From a virus: a stretch of DNA of 64,000 nt. The notes below the pieces were generated by a model that had not been told where the DNA came from, ran no database searches, and saw nothing but the letters and a program-made list of their open reading frames with translations. The stretch covers positions 1-64,000 of IMG/VR virus record IMGVR_UViG_3300031965_000004, one strand, 5' to 3'. Made by a program: the position numbers and the translations under genes. Below, in pieces: positions 34,021 through 43,537 of the stretch; position 1 is the first letter of the stretch, and each line of letters begins with the position of its first letter.

Positions 34021-34613
34021 AGGGCCTCCTTAGGCGAGGATTGTTTGTTAAGGGAGCCGCTGGCGAATATCCAGAAGTTCCTTCGTCTCGTCGTCCACGC
34101 TGTCAGGGAACGCTTCAGCGAGCCTCTGGACGATCGACAGGCGGTTCTTGATTTGGCGCAGTTCCAGAATCTCCGCGCGAGACTTCGTCTTCCAGTCGCT
34201 TGTCCTCGCGGCAAGCTCCTCAGGGGTCAGTCGCACGGTTCGCTTTAGCCAATCGAGAATCGGCCCAGGATCGCTGAGGGGGTGTGCCTTCGGTCCAAAC
34301 CGTGTTACTAGGAGCGTTCGCAAGGCCATTGCCCTCTCTTCCTCACCTATGAGGCCGAAGGCATGGATCGCGGTCTCTGCCCACAGGAAGGTTGGCCCCC
34401 GCGCCTGCTCCAGCAGGGCATTCGTAGTGGCGCCCTCAGCCAGCCTATGCAGATTCGTGGCGGTGGTTGTCCTGGGCCAGGGCCGGATCGAAAGCGCCTT
34501 TTCCGAACGCACCCACTCCAGTGCGTGAGCAGGGTCACCCCGCAGCAGTTCTCCAAGCAGATTGGCAGGACCATCATTTGAACTGACGCCCATAGGGCCT
34601 CCTTAGGCGAGGA
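34011..34613. repeat. 30-bp exact direct repeat flanking the 34048-34593 gene
   Basis: TGACGCCCATAGGGCCTCCTTAGGCGAGGA at 34011-34040 and 34584-34613. Confidence 0.95.
34048..34593 (-). CDS. Inserted (moron-like) hypothetical protein
   Basis: Visibly more AT-rich than its neighbours; flanked by the direct repeat. Confidence 0.75.
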   Translation of the reverse strand: MGVSSNDGPANLLGELLRGDPAHALEWVRSEKALSIRPWPRTTTATNLHRLAEGATTNALLEQARGPTFLWAETAIHAFGLIGEEERAMALRTLLVTRFGPKAHPLSDPGPILDWLKRTVRLTPEELAARTSDWKTKSRAEILELRQIKNRLSIVQRLAEAFPDSVDDETKELLDIRQRLP

Positions 34614-34800
34614 GTTTCGCCCAGCGTGGATCCTGAATCGCGATCGGGAGCCCCTCGCGGATCATTGCCACGGCGTTGTCGCTGAGCGCCTTCTTCGGAT
34701 CAGGAATGAACCCGGCGTCCTCCGCGGCCTTGATCGTGGCCGTGACGAACTCTCGCATGAGGAACCGAGCCTCGAGTTTCGTTTCGTTGAGGGTGCTCAC
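34603..34800 (-). CDS. Hypothetical protein
   Basis: Coupled GTGA start. Confidence 0.65.
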   Translation of the reverse strand: MSTLNETKLEARFLMREFVTATIKAAEDAGFIPDPKKALSDNAVAMIREGLPIAIQDPRWAKLLA

Positions 34801-35246
34801 AGGGCAGCCGGCGCGATCGAGAGCAGGATCGGGAACAGGACGCGAGCCGCGTCCTTGCCCAAGCCGATCATGTTGCTCAGGGCGTCAACAGCTCCTCGCA
34901 CGCCGTCCGACGCTTCGTCGGCTGCGGCGTCGAGCTCGTCCCAGCCGGCCTCGTCGCGAAGCCAGATCAGGCGAGCTGCCTTCTCGTCGCCCGACGCCAC
35001 GAGGCCGGCGACCGCGGTCAGGGCGTCGTGGCCAAGGCGCGTGATCCGAGGCTTGTTCGCCTCGACCCAATCGAAGCCTTGGTTGGCCGCGGCAACACCG
35101 GCAGGCTCGAGCGAGTCTTCGGCGAGCTTGGCGACCTTCTCTCGTCCAGCTTCTACGGCCTTGTCCACCCACTTGTCGCCGTGCTTGGCCAGGGCCTTGT
35201 CGGCGCCGACCAAGCCCTTGTCGGCGAGTTTGCTCATGAAGCTCAT
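34797..35246 (-). CDS. Hypothetical helical protein with hydrophobic C-terminus
   Basis: Second gene of a late operon. Confidence 0.7.
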   Translation of the reverse strand: MSFMSKLADKGLVGADKALAKHGDKWVDKAVEAGREKVAKLAEDSLEPAGVAAANQGFDWVEANKPRITRLGHDALTAVAGLVASGDEKAARLIWLRDEAGWDELDAAADEASDGVRGAVDALSNMIGLGKDAARVLFPILLSIAPAAL

Positions 35247-35251
35247 GGGGC

Positions 35252-35587
35252 CTACTCGCCCGAGGGGAGGGCTGGGAGCGTGACGACGCCGTCAAGGTCG
35301 GGGGGGAGCCCCGCGTCGTTGACGGCGTCGTTGGCTTCGTGCCAGCCGCGCCGGTTCTTTGCGAGCGTGTTGAGGAGCCGCTGCACGAAGACCCGCACGG
35401 AGGGCGGGGTGATCGCCAACTCGCCGCTGGCGAGCAACTCCGCGAGCGCCTCGACGGACTTGCGCGTGTAGCCGTCGTTGACGGCGGCCATGGTCTCCGC
35501 CTGGCTCTTGAGGGCCTTGCAGACGCACCCGGGCGCAAGGAGGGTCAGGCACAGAAGCGTGCCAAGGAGGGTCAGTTTGACGGGCAT
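35252..35587 (-). CDS. Putative lipoprotein
   Basis: MPVKLTLLGTLLCLTLLAPG-C signal with lipobox-like end. Confidence 0.65.
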   Translation of the reverse strand: MPVKLTLLGTLLCLTLLAPGCVCKALKSQAETMAAVNDGYTRKSVEALAELLASGELAITPPSVRVFVQRLLNTLAKNRRGWHEANDAVNDAGLPPDLDGVVTLPALPSGE

Positions 35588-35623
35588 GGTCTCTCGTTTG
35601 TCTGAGGTAGCGCTTGAGCCGGT

Positions 35624-35648
35624 AGGTTACCGCCTGGGTCCGACGTAG
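35624..35648 (-). promoter_or_regulatory. CTAC-N15-TAACCT promoter
   Basis: Exact motif upstream of the 35587 start. Confidence 0.65.
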
Positions 35649-35709
35649 GGCCACCCCGCAAAGGCGTAACCCTTGGGGCCCCTATAAGAAAGAAAGCAAT
35701 GGAGAGAGG

Positions 35710-35738
35710 TTGCAGACAGTCACGGGAGACTGTAGCCT
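35710..35738 (+). promoter_or_regulatory. Sigma70-type promoter with an inverted repeat in the spacer
   Basis: TTGCAG-N17-TAGCCT; CAGTC/GACTG in the spacer; A-rich UP-like tract upstream. Confidence 0.55.
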
Positions 35739-35765
35739 CCTGCGAGCCCAGGGAGGTAACATGCC

Positions 35766-36041
35766 ATGGCCGTGGACAAGACCCCACCATCACGATCAAA
35801 GAAGAAGAGACCCGCCCGATCGAAGATGACGGGGAGGTTTGTCTTCTGCCCGCACAGCAACCAGCACCACCCCTTGTTCGCGCTCGAGGTCGTTCAGAAG
35901 ATCGAGACCGGGAACTTGTGGGTCAAGTGCCTCTGCGGGATCCGGATTCACTTCGACAACAACAAGCTACCCACCATGACCAAGGAACAGGCCGTCAAGG
36001 CCGGAGCCATGCTCCCCTTCGTCCTTCGTAAGGAGGCGTGA
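35766..36041 (+). CDS. Small Zn-ribbon-like protein
   Basis: GGAGG SD; CPH..CLCG. Confidence 0.7.
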   Translation: MAVDKTPPSRSKKKRPARSKMTGRFVFCPHSNQHHPLFALEVVQKIETGNLWVKCLCGIRIHFDNNKLPTMTKEQAVKAGAMLPFVLRKEA

Positions 36042-38287
36042 TGCCCCGCAACGTGACCGCAGAACTGGACGACGACGATCTCTTCGACCCGGACCTCGAG
36101 TTCGAGGACGACGACGACGACGAGTTCGACGACGACGAGCCGCGCGAGCCCGACCCGTTCTCCGCAGGCTTGCGGGACGCAGACGTGGTCGAGGAGACCA
36201 CCACGACCACGACCACGAAGAAGGCGGCCAAGACGGCTCCCGCGAAGAAGAAGGCCGCGCCGGCGAAGAAGAAGGCGGCCAAGAAGAAGACGACCAAGAA
36301 GAAGGCGGCGGCCGACGACGACGACACGCCCCCGGAGCCAGCCATGCGCCTGCCCCACACGCCCCCCCAACCGGCCCCGTCTGCGGCTCCGCCCCAACCC
36401 CGGGAGACCGGGCTCGACGCCAAGCGGCCTTGGGGTGACGGTCCCAGCCCGTTGGAGCTGGGTGCCGCTCGGGACGGCGCCATGATCGAGATCGACCGGA
36501 GGGTCGCCTACAACGACTCAACGGGCCACCCGGGCGGCGGGAGCTACACGGGGGTGATCGGACAGGTTCCGCATCGACCGGGATTCAAGCTCGAGACCCG
36601 GCGGCGCTGGGGCGGCGGCGAATACGTCGCGAGGGGATACGTGAACGGCGAAGTCAGAGAGAACACCTTCGAGATCGGCATGCCGAGCGTCGACCCGGGC
36701 GACGAGCGGCGGGAGAGCCGGTTCCCCGAGGTCGACCGGGCCTTCTCGGAGCACGGCTACCCGCCAGGTTACGACTCCCCCTACGGCCCGCCGTTGGGGG
36801 GGCCCCCCGAGTTGGGCTACCCGCCGGCGGGACCCTATCCCCCTCCAGGTGCGGGCTACCCGGGCGCGGGCTACCCGCCTGCGCCCGGTCCCTACGGGGA
36901 CCCCATGTCGGGGTTTGGGCGGCGCTTCAGTGTCGACGACGACGAAGAGAAGCGGGAACTTCGCGAGCAGCTCGCGGAGCTCCAGCGCCAGAACGCAGAG
37001 ACGAGAACGGCCATGGAGGTCGAGCGCGTTCGGCGCCAGGCCGAAGCCAACCAGACCGGGCTCATGAATCAGGTCTCGAGGCTCGAAGCGAAGATCGAGG
37101 GTGGCGTCAGCGCGCCCGGGAAGAACGGGTCGGAAATGCTCGAGTTCATGCGGATGCAGGCGACACAGGAGGCCGCGCGCCGCGAGGAAGACCGGAAGGC
37201 GGAGCAGCGCCGCTGGGAGCAGGAACAGGCGGAGCGCAAGAATCACGAACAGGAGCAGCGTCGGATCCGTGAGGAGAAGGCCGAGCGCTGGGAAGTGGAG
37301 CGCAAGGATCGCCTCGAGCGCGAGGACCGCGACCGCCAGCGCCGCGAGGAGGAGGACCGCAAGGAGCGCCTCTGGCGCAAGGAGCAGGCGGCGCGCGACG
37401 ACGAGTGGCGCAAGACGATGGCGGCCAGCCAGGCCAAGCCGCTGGACATGATCCAACTGCTTGGCGCGCTCAAGGAGGTTTCGAGCCCCTCGGACCCCAT
37501 GGGCCAGCTCCACTCCATGCTGGGAGTGGTCGAGCAGATCAACGAGATCAAGAACGGGGGTGGGAGCGAGGAGACGAGCTCCGCGGAGCGCATGGTGCGG
37601 ACCGTGGGCGAGACGGCCGGGCCGATCCTGGCCGAGCTCGCGCAGGCGTGGACCAAGCGCTCCGAGCCCGCCCAGGCGCAGCCGTTGACCCAAGAGCAAC
37701 ACCAGGCGTTGCTCTACCAGCAGCATCAGCAGCAACTCCTGCTCGAGCAGCAGCGAGCGGCGTTCTACGCGCAGGCCCCGCAAGGGCAGGCGCCAGGGCT
37801 TCCGCAGCCGGCTCCGGCGCAAGCGGCTCCTCAGCAGCAGCAGGGGCCGGCGCCGCTTACGCCGCAGAAGTGGGGCGAGATCCTCAACAACACCGTTCAG
37901 CATGCGGAGGCGGGGACAGCTCCGCTGGCGGCCGTCCAGAACCTCTTCCTGCTCTGCCAGGAGATCGAGGCGGAGGACGCCATTCGCGAACTGGCGGAGG
38001 GGACCGTCGACAAGGCGGTGAACAAGGCTCGGGCGGCCAAGCTCGTCGTGACGGACGCTCGCTACCGAATCGCGATCGACAAGTTCGTGGCGCTCGGAGA
38101 GCCGGGAACGTCGGGGCGCGCATGGCTGGACGCCTACTTCGGCGTGATCCGAGAGGGCTGGGCAGAGGTCTTGCGGATCCGGTCGGGGGCGGCTGCCCCG
38201 CCTCCTTCCCCGCCCGCGCCTGTCGTTGGGCCGCTTCCGGCCGAGGCGGCGGCCGAGGAATACGAGGAGTCGGAAGAGGGGTTCTAG
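36038..38287 (+). CDS. Large low-complexity/coiled-coil protein (acidic N-terminus, AKK repeats, PPGY repeats, ER-rich helix)
   Basis: 749-aa ORF with AGGAGG SD and coupled start. Confidence 0.8.
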   Translation: MMPRNVTAELDDDDLFDPDLEFEDDDDDEFDDDEPREPDPFSAGLRDADVVEETTTTTTTKKAAKTAPAKKKAAPAKKKAAKKKTTKKKAAADDDDTPPEPAMRLPHTPPQPAPSAAPPQPRETGLDAKRPWGDGPSPLELGAARDGAMIEIDRRVAYNDSTGHPGGGSYTGVIGQVPHRPGFKLETRRRWGGGEYVARGYVNGEVRENTFEIGMPSVDPGDERRESRFPEVDRAFSEHGYPPGYDSPYGPPLGGPPELGYPPAGPYPPPGAGYPGAGYPPAPGPYGDPMSGFGRRFSVDDDEEKRELREQLAELQRQNAETRTAMEVERVRRQAEANQTGLMNQVSRLEAKIEGGVSAPGKNGSEMLEFMRMQATQEAARREEDRKAEQRRWEQEQAERKNHEQEQRRIREEKAERWEVERKDRLEREDRDRQRREEEDRKERLWRKEQAARDDEWRKTMAASQAKPLDMIQLLGALKEVSSPSDPMGQLHSMLGVVEQINEIKNGGGSEETSSAERMVRTVGETAGPILAELAQAWTKRSEPAQAQPLTQEQHQALLYQQHQQQLLLEQQRAAFYAQAPQGQAPGLPQPAPAQAAPQQQQGPAPLTPQKWGEILNNTVQHAEAGTAPLAAVQNLFLLCQEIEAEDAIRELAEGTVDKAVNKARAAKLVVTDARYRIAIDKFVALGEPGTSGRAWLDAYFGVIREGWAEVLRIRSGAAAPPPSPPAPVVGPLPAEAAAEEYEESEEGF

Positions 38288-38320
38288 CGCCCCTCCGGGG
38301 GTCGGCGGTAGGCTGAGGGC

Positions 38321-38494
38321 ATGAGCAAGAGCAAGACACAGGCAACGCGCGCGCTTGTCTTTGGCGGCCCCGTGGTCTTCGTCCTCGCGAAGCGGCTGCC
38401 GAAGGGCCAGACGTGGCGGCTTCCCCTCCTGCTCTTGGGGGGAGCCGGCCTCGCGTTGGGCGCGTGGCGCACCTACAGCGCCGGTCAGAAGTAG
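38321..38494 (+). CDS. 57-aa membrane protein, probably leaderless (not in the ORF track)
   Basis: ATG 6 nt after TAGGCT; MSKSKTQATRALVFGGPVVFVLAKRLPKGQTWRLPLLLLGGAGLALGAWRTYSAGQK*. Confidence 0.65.
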   Translation: MSKSKTQATRALVFGGPVVFVLAKRLPKGQTWRLPLLLLGGAGLALGAWRTYSAGQK

Positions 38495-38496
38495 CC

Positions 38497-39087
38497 GTGG
38501 CTTGGCTAGAAATGGGGCTTGGCGCTTTCGAGCCGGTCCAGGCCCAGGACGACTTCTCCTACTCCGCGGAGCGAGGGATTTCTCAGGTCTACAACCCCTT
38601 CGTTGTGGTTGAGACCTTCATGGATCCGCTTGGCACGTCCCGTGGCAGCAAGAAAAGAAAGAAGCGCGAGCAAGCCGCAGCCGCTGCGGCTGCTGCTGCC
38701 GCCAAGCGGCAGCAGCAGCAGCAGCAGCGCCTAGAGCAGCAACGTGCCCAGGAAGCGTTGAGCCAGGCTCAACGAAGGGTTGGTGTCGCTCTAGGCGCTG
38801 CCGAGTCGATCCTTGGCTGGATCAGGGAGTCGGCGAGGTCTCTCGTGATCTTCGCGGCGGTTCGTCGCTCCCTCGACGAGGCGCAACTCGCTTCGCAGGC
38901 GATCAAGTTGGCAGACAAGGCGGAAGAGGAGGCAGGGCAACTCCTGTATCAGAAACTGCCAAACAGCGTCGCCGCAGCAAACGCGATGGCTTCGGGCCTG
39001 GACGAGTTGGTGAGGCGGCTCGGTGCCGTTGCAGCGGGCATTGAGAGGATCGAGTTTGAGATCAAGCTCCGGGCGCTCCGCGCGTGA
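38497..39087 (+). CDS. Coiled-coil protein with N-terminal MGLG motif
   Basis: GTG start; MAWLEMGLGA. Confidence 0.7.
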   Translation: MAWLEMGLGAFEPVQAQDDFSYSAERGISQVYNPFVVVETFMDPLGTSRGSKKRKKREQAAAAAAAAAAKRQQQQQQRLEQQRAQEALSQAQRRVGVALGAAESILGWIRESARSLVIFAAVRRSLDEAQLASQAIKLADKAEEEAGQLLYQKLPNSVAAANAMASGLDELVRRLGAVAAGIERIEFEIKLRALRA

Positions 39088-39410
39088 ACGACGCCGAGAA
39101 GCGCGAGCACGCGCAGCAGCTCTATGAGACGTTCTGCACCGCGACCGACAACCTCGCTCGAGGCATGCTCGCGCTCGGTGAGCGAATGGAGCAGAGCCAC
39201 AAGCTGAAGGTGATCGAACTCGACGAAATGCGCGCTTCACGGGAGCAGGCCGCAGCTCTCCAGCGACAGGTGGGAGTCCTGGTCGAGGTGATCTCTCGAG
39301 CGCAGGGGATCCCGGTCCAGCCGATCTCAATGCCTATGCAGCATCCCAACGCCCACATGCAGAACATGGTGAATGGAGCTCTGCGAGGGTTGTTCGGCGG
39401 CGGGGCCTAA
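39084..39410 (+). CDS. Hypothetical coiled-coil protein
   Basis: Coupled GTGA start. Confidence 0.7.
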   Translation: MNDAEKREHAQQLYETFCTATDNLARGMLALGERMEQSHKLKVIELDEMRASREQAAALQRQVGVLVEVISRAQGIPVQPISMPMQHPNAHMQNMVNGALRGLFGGGA

Positions 39411-39422
39411 AGCGTGCGTGCG

Positions 39423-39447
39423 CTACTCCGGGGGTCAAAGGTAGGCT
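39423..39447 (+). promoter_or_regulatory. CTAC-N15-TAGGCT promoter
   Basis: Exact motif upstream of the virion operon. Confidence 0.7.
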
Positions 39448-39475
39448 GACAGGGGTTGGCGAGGAGACCCCTCCT

Positions 39476-40090
39476 GTGGCTTATTTGGGCGCAAACGAAC
39501 TGCACGATCTCATGACGCGCCCGGGAGCCGGGCACGCGGCCGGTATGACAGCTCCTCGCGTCGAGCGCATTCAGATCCCCGAGGGACACGCGGGGACCGT
39601 CGTGACGCTCCAGGTCATGCAAGACGCGGTCGGTGGCGGCGAGGGCGCGCACAACACCGAAGTCCGCCACCTCGCCATGAAGATCGTTGAGGGGTTGCCG
39701 CCCAAAGCCTACGAGCGCGAGGTCCGCGCGATCTACGACTTCATGCGAGAGCACGTCCGCTACACGCTGGACCCGCGCGGGCTCGAGTGGGTCCAAACGC
39801 CCTGGTATACGCTTCTCGTGGCCGGAATGGGCGATTGTGATGACCACGCGGTCGCAATCGTCGCGCTTGCGATTTCGCTGGGCCACGGGGCCGGATTCCG
39901 AACGGTCAAAGGCGATCCGTCCCGCCCGGACGAGTGGTCGCACGTCTACCCCATAGTAGGGATTCGAGAGCGCGGCATTCCGCGCTGGATCCCGATTGAC
40001 ACCACCGAGGTGAGCAATCCTCGGTTCGGGCAGGACCCGCCGGGTGCTGACCGTGTTCCGCAAAAGAACTGGGTAATCGCCCCGGCGTAA
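39476..40090 (+). CDS. Transglutaminase-like cysteine protease (putative maturation protease)
   Basis: GDCDD, SHVY and WIPID give a Cys-His-Asp triad. Confidence 0.85.
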   Translation: MAYLGANELHDLMTRPGAGHAAGMTAPRVERIQIPEGHAGTVVTLQVMQDAVGGGEGAHNTEVRHLAMKIVEGLPPKAYEREVRAIYDFMREHVRYTLDPRGLEWVQTPWYTLLVAGMGDCDDHAVAIVALAISLGHGAGFRTVKGDPSRPDEWSHVYPIVGIRERGIPRWIPIDTTEVSNPRFGQDPPGADRVPQKNWVIAPA

Positions 40091-40099
40091 GGATTCAGT

Positions 40100-41887
40100 A
40101 TGTCTAGCCTGAGTTTTGAGCAAAGCATGATGGCCCTCGGCGGGCGTATGCAGAACGTGTTCCCGCAGGTCCCCTACGGGCGAGGCATGGGAGACGCCCG
40201 GAGCGAATCCTATGGGCGCGCGCGAGAGGAGTGGAGACGCGCGGTTCCGATCGCGGACGGCTACGTCGTCGAAATCCAGCGCTCGATCAAGGCGTTGCGA
40301 GACCGGCGAGACGCCTACCAGAACGCTGCAATCGCAATGGAGCGTGACCTCGGCCCGGTCGGCGGATACCAGATCCAGCAGGTCGCGGGGCAGATCGTTG
40401 GTCTCTCGAGCCAGATCAGCGACATGATCGACCAGATTGAGCCCGCGTTCAATCGCTTCAACAGCGCGTATCAGGGGTGGCGGTCCATGTCAGGCGACTC
40501 GTCTTGGCTCACGGCAGAGCAAGCCAAGGCGGCCGAAGGTCCCTATCCCGGTAATGGAGGCGACTGGGTCGTCAGCAAATTCGCCGCGATCGCGTCGTTG
40601 GCGGCCAACACCAACACGGTCCTGCGCGACCTCGAGGCGAACTACCAGGCCCTCCAGAGCCAGGCCCAGCAGGTCAACGAGGCCAAGCAGAAGCAGGCTC
40701 GCGAACTCCAGCAGATCGCCGACGATCAGGCTCGAGCGGCGAAGCAGGCGGCGGAGGACGCACAGGTGCAGGCCGACGCGAGGAACGCTGCTGCCCTGGC
40801 GGCGCAGCAAGCGGCGGCAGCGCAAGCCGACGCTCAGGCGCGGGTCGAGTTGGCCCGGATCCAGGCGCAGCAAGCTGCTAGCGCCGGCGAAGCGGAGCGA
40901 GCGCAAGCCGACCGGAACATTCAGCTCCAGATCGAGCAGCAGCGCCTCGCGCAGGAGGCCGCGCTTCAGGAGACGTTGTTCGCGCTCAAGCAGCAGGAGG
41001 CGCAGCGGGCCTACGAGCGCGAGGAGCGCAGTTCCGAGCGCCAGGAGGAGCGCGACCAGCTCGCCTTGATCCTGCAACTCATGGACAAGGGCCTGATCCA
41101 GCCGGGACAGGTTGAGCTCGAGGGCATTGGGCCGCTCGGCGCCCCTCAGGCGCAAGGCGCGAACTACCAGGGCGCCGCGAACTACCAGGGTGGGCCGGTC
41201 CCGCTCGGATACCAGTTGATCGACGAAATGACGGGCCAGCCTGTCCAGCAGGGCTACCCTGGGGGCCAAGTCTACCCGGGCTACCCGGCTCCGATGCAGT
41301 CCTACGGCTACCCGGGCACGCCAACCTACGGGCCCCCGCCCGTCGTCGCTCCCGCCCCGCAGCAGCAGCAGCAGGCCCCGCAGCAGCAGGGCGGGATCCC
41401 CGGGATCGAATTCGGCCCGCTCGACGTGGGCCGCGAGTTGTTCGGCATGGGCGGCATGGGGGACGGCGAAGCTGTCTCCTTGCCCGCAGGCGCGAAGGTC
41501 GCGCCTGGCTACCTCATGTCGCCAACCGGCACGGGCAACTGGACGGTCACAGCGCCAGACGGGCGACAGTTCTACACCAGCAACGCCCAAGTCACGCAGC
41601 CTGGATCGGTCCAACTCCTCGACCCGCCGGCCGGCGTGATCTTCTACAGCAAGCCCGACGAACCGTCCATGTGGGACTCGATCGCCAAGGGCCTCAACAC
41701 GATCACCCCGTTTGGGGTGAAGGCCGCCGATTCCTACCTGCGCGCCGAGCGAGGCGAGTCCCTCCTCTCGCCTCAGCAACCACAAGGTGGCGGTGGGATC
41801 AGCGGCACCACGCTCGCGATCGGCGGGGCCGTGCTCCTGGGGATCGCGGGCGCCGTCGTCTTTGCCACCCGCAAGAAGGGGGACTAG
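40100..41887 (+). CDS. Long coiled-coil virion membrane protein with GMG motifs and C-terminal TM
   Basis: RGMGD, GMGGMGD; ends LAIGGAVLLGIAGAVVFATRKK. Confidence 0.8.
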   Translation: MSSLSFEQSMMALGGRMQNVFPQVPYGRGMGDARSESYGRAREEWRRAVPIADGYVVEIQRSIKALRDRRDAYQNAAIAMERDLGPVGGYQIQQVAGQIVGLSSQISDMIDQIEPAFNRFNSAYQGWRSMSGDSSWLTAEQAKAAEGPYPGNGGDWVVSKFAAIASLAANTNTVLRDLEANYQALQSQAQQVNEAKQKQARELQQIADDQARAAKQAAEDAQVQADARNAAALAAQQAAAAQADAQARVELARIQAQQAASAGEAERAQADRNIQLQIEQQRLAQEAALQETLFALKQQEAQRAYEREERSSERQEERDQLALILQLMDKGLIQPGQVELEGIGPLGAPQAQGANYQGAANYQGGPVPLGYQLIDEMTGQPVQQGYPGGQVYPGYPAPMQSYGYPGTPTYGPPPVVAPAPQQQQQAPQQQGGIPGIEFGPLDVGRELFGMGGMGDGEAVSLPAGAKVAPGYLMSPTGTGNWTVTAPDGRQFYTSNAQVTQPGSVQLLDPPAGVIFYSKPDEPSMWDSIAKGLNTITPFGVKAADSYLRAERGESLLSPQQPQGGGGISGTTLAIGGAVLLGIAGAVVFATRKKGD

Positions 41888-41889
41888 CC

Positions 41890-42165
41890 ATGTCGTCCTA
41901 TGGAATCGGCGCGTTGACCGCTGCGGGCGCAGAGGTTGATTCCACGCCAGGGCGAGAAGATCTTCTCGCGCAAATGCCGGGGTTCGGTCCGTTGCCGTCA
42001 GACGTCTACAGCGCGAGTAGCCACGCTGACCAGTCCGCGTTGGAGCTCCTCAGCTCCGTTGGCCAGGCTCGTGCAGCCAGGACAAGCAAGGTCGGCGCGG
42101 TCGTGGCGGCGGCGGCGGTCGTGGCGGCGGTCGCTTGGTTCTTCGGACGCAAGAAGCGGAGGTAG
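41890..42165 (+). CDS. Small membrane protein (GIG motif, C-terminal TM)
   Basis: MSSYGIGA...VAAVAWFFGRKKRR. Confidence 0.75.
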   Translation: MSSYGIGALTAAGAEVDSTPGREDLLAQMPGFGPLPSDVYSASSHADQSALELLSSVGQARAARTSKVGAVVAAAAVVAAVAWFFGRKKRR

Positions 42166-42167
42166 TC

Positions 42168-42332
42168 ATGCTTCAGCCCATGTATGGATCGCCTGGCGGT
42201 TACGCCGGGATCAACGGCTGCGGCTGCGGCATGCGCGGCCTCGGCGCCACTGAGGGAGGTGTCAAGCCGGTCTTGGTCGTCGCCGGCCTCGCGCTCGCGC
42301 TCTGGCTGTTCCTCCCCAAGGGCGGTCGGTGA
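42168..42332 (+). CDS. Small membrane protein (GLG motif, C-terminal TM)
   Basis: GMRGLGA...LALALWLFLPKGGR. Confidence 0.7.
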   Translation: MLQPMYGSPGGYAGINGCGCGMRGLGATEGGVKPVLVVAGLALALWLFLPKGGR

Positions 42333-42892
42333 GCTACGTTTACACGGGGCAGGCGGGGCTAGGCGGAGAGGCCGCCGACGCCTTTCTCTCCTTCTTTGGC
42401 GTTGGCAACGAGACGGAAGCGGAGCGGCTCGCACGAGAGAGCGCGAGCGCTCCGCCGTCAACGAAGGCCCAAGAGACCACGTCCAACGCGGAGGCGATTG
42501 CGTCGCTGCAAGCGCAACGGACTACCGCGCTCGAGTTGGCGCTTGCGTTTCCCCAGCAGACGCACTATGCCGAGCGCGCCAAACAACTCGAGAGCCAGAT
42601 CATTGCCCTCGGAGGTTGGCCGGCCGCGCCCCCCACGCAAATGGCCTCGCGCCCCTCTCAAGCGGTCACCGTCCAGCAGCCGGACAAGCCGAGCGCCCTG
42701 ACCGCCATGTTCGCCGCGAGCCAAGAAGCTCGAGCGGCGCGTCAGCGTGCCGACCCGGGCTCCATGATGTCGTTGCTCGGACCCATGAACGTCACGGGGG
42801 CGTGGAGCACCACCGCCAAGGTCGGGGTCGGCGTGGCGGGTGTCGCCGCGCTCTCGCTCGGTCTCTACCTCGCGCTGAGGCCGAAGTCATGA
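42329..42892 (+). CDS. Membrane protein (GLG motif, C-terminal TM)
   Basis: MSYVYTGQAGLGG...LGLYLALRPKS. Confidence 0.75.
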   Translation: MSYVYTGQAGLGGEAADAFLSFFGVGNETEAERLARESASAPPSTKAQETTSNAEAIASLQAQRTTALELALAFPQQTHYAERAKQLESQIIALGGWPAAPPTQMASRPSQAVTVQQPDKPSALTAMFAASQEARAARQRADPGSMMSLLGPMNVTGAWSTTAKVGVGVAGVAALSLGLYLALRPKS

Positions 42893-43239
42893 GCTACGTC
42901 TACACGGGAATGGGGGAGGGGGAGGCCGGCGGCGGGGACTTCTTCGGCGGGATCATTGGCGGGATCGGCAAGATCATTGAGCCGCTCGCCATAGGCGGGG
43001 TCATGGCCTACCAGACCTACGCCGACGATCGCGGCCAGACGCGCGACCTCAAGGCCCAGCGGGCCATGGCCGCGCAGGTCGCTGAGATCCGTCAGCGGGA
43101 GGCCGGGCTGTCAGCGGAGCTGGCGACGGCGCTGGCGCCCATGCGTCAGGAGCGCTTCAAGTTGATCGCCGGCGGCGCCGCGTTGCTGGGGGCGATCGGA
43201 CTCGCGGGGTTCTTCGTGCTGAAGGTGAAGAAGAGGTGA
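42889..43239 (+). CDS. Membrane protein (GMG motif, C-terminal TM)
   Basis: MSYVYTGMGE...AGFFVLKVKKR. Confidence 0.75.
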   Translation: MSYVYTGMGEGEAGGGDFFGGIIGGIGKIIEPLAIGGVMAYQTYADDRGQTRDLKAQRAMAAQVAEIRQREAGLSAELATALAPMRQERFKLIAGGAALLGAIGLAGFFVLKVKKR

Positions 43240-43535
43240 GCGTTGATCGAAACTGGCTCGCAAACGTCCGCCTCGCCAACCGAACGCAGCTCGGGTTGGC
43301 GGGCATGGGCGCCACGGTCTCCGAGCAGATCGCTGCCGACTACGAGCGGAGGCGAAACGCCGGGCCAGCTCCTCTTCTCGGCGCACCTGTTCCAGCCCCC
43401 ACGTCAGGACCTGCCCCAGGGCCTGCCCCCGTTTCTTTCGTCCAATCGAACCTTCCGCGCTACCTCGCCTACGGCGCGGGAGGCGTGCTCGTGTTGGCCC
43501 TGGGCTTCGTCGCCTGGCGCACGTTCAGGCGGTAG
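43236..43535 (+). CDS. Membrane protein (GMG motif, C-terminal TM)
   Basis: LAGMGA...LGFVAWRTFRR. Confidence 0.75.
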   Translation: MSVDRNWLANVRLANRTQLGLAGMGATVSEQIAADYERRRNAGPAPLLGAPVPAPTSGPAPGPAPVSFVQSNLPRYLAYGAGGVLVLALGFVAWRTFRR

Positions 43536-43537
43536 CC

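Noticed and set aside
34603-35587. Lysis cassette
   Set aside because: A lipoprotein under a late promoter is suggestive, but no endolysin or holin motif was recognised.
40100-41887. Tape measure protein of a tailed phage
   Set aside because: No adjacent tail tube, chaperone or baseplate genes; it shares the GMG and C-terminal TM pattern of the membrane protein cluster.
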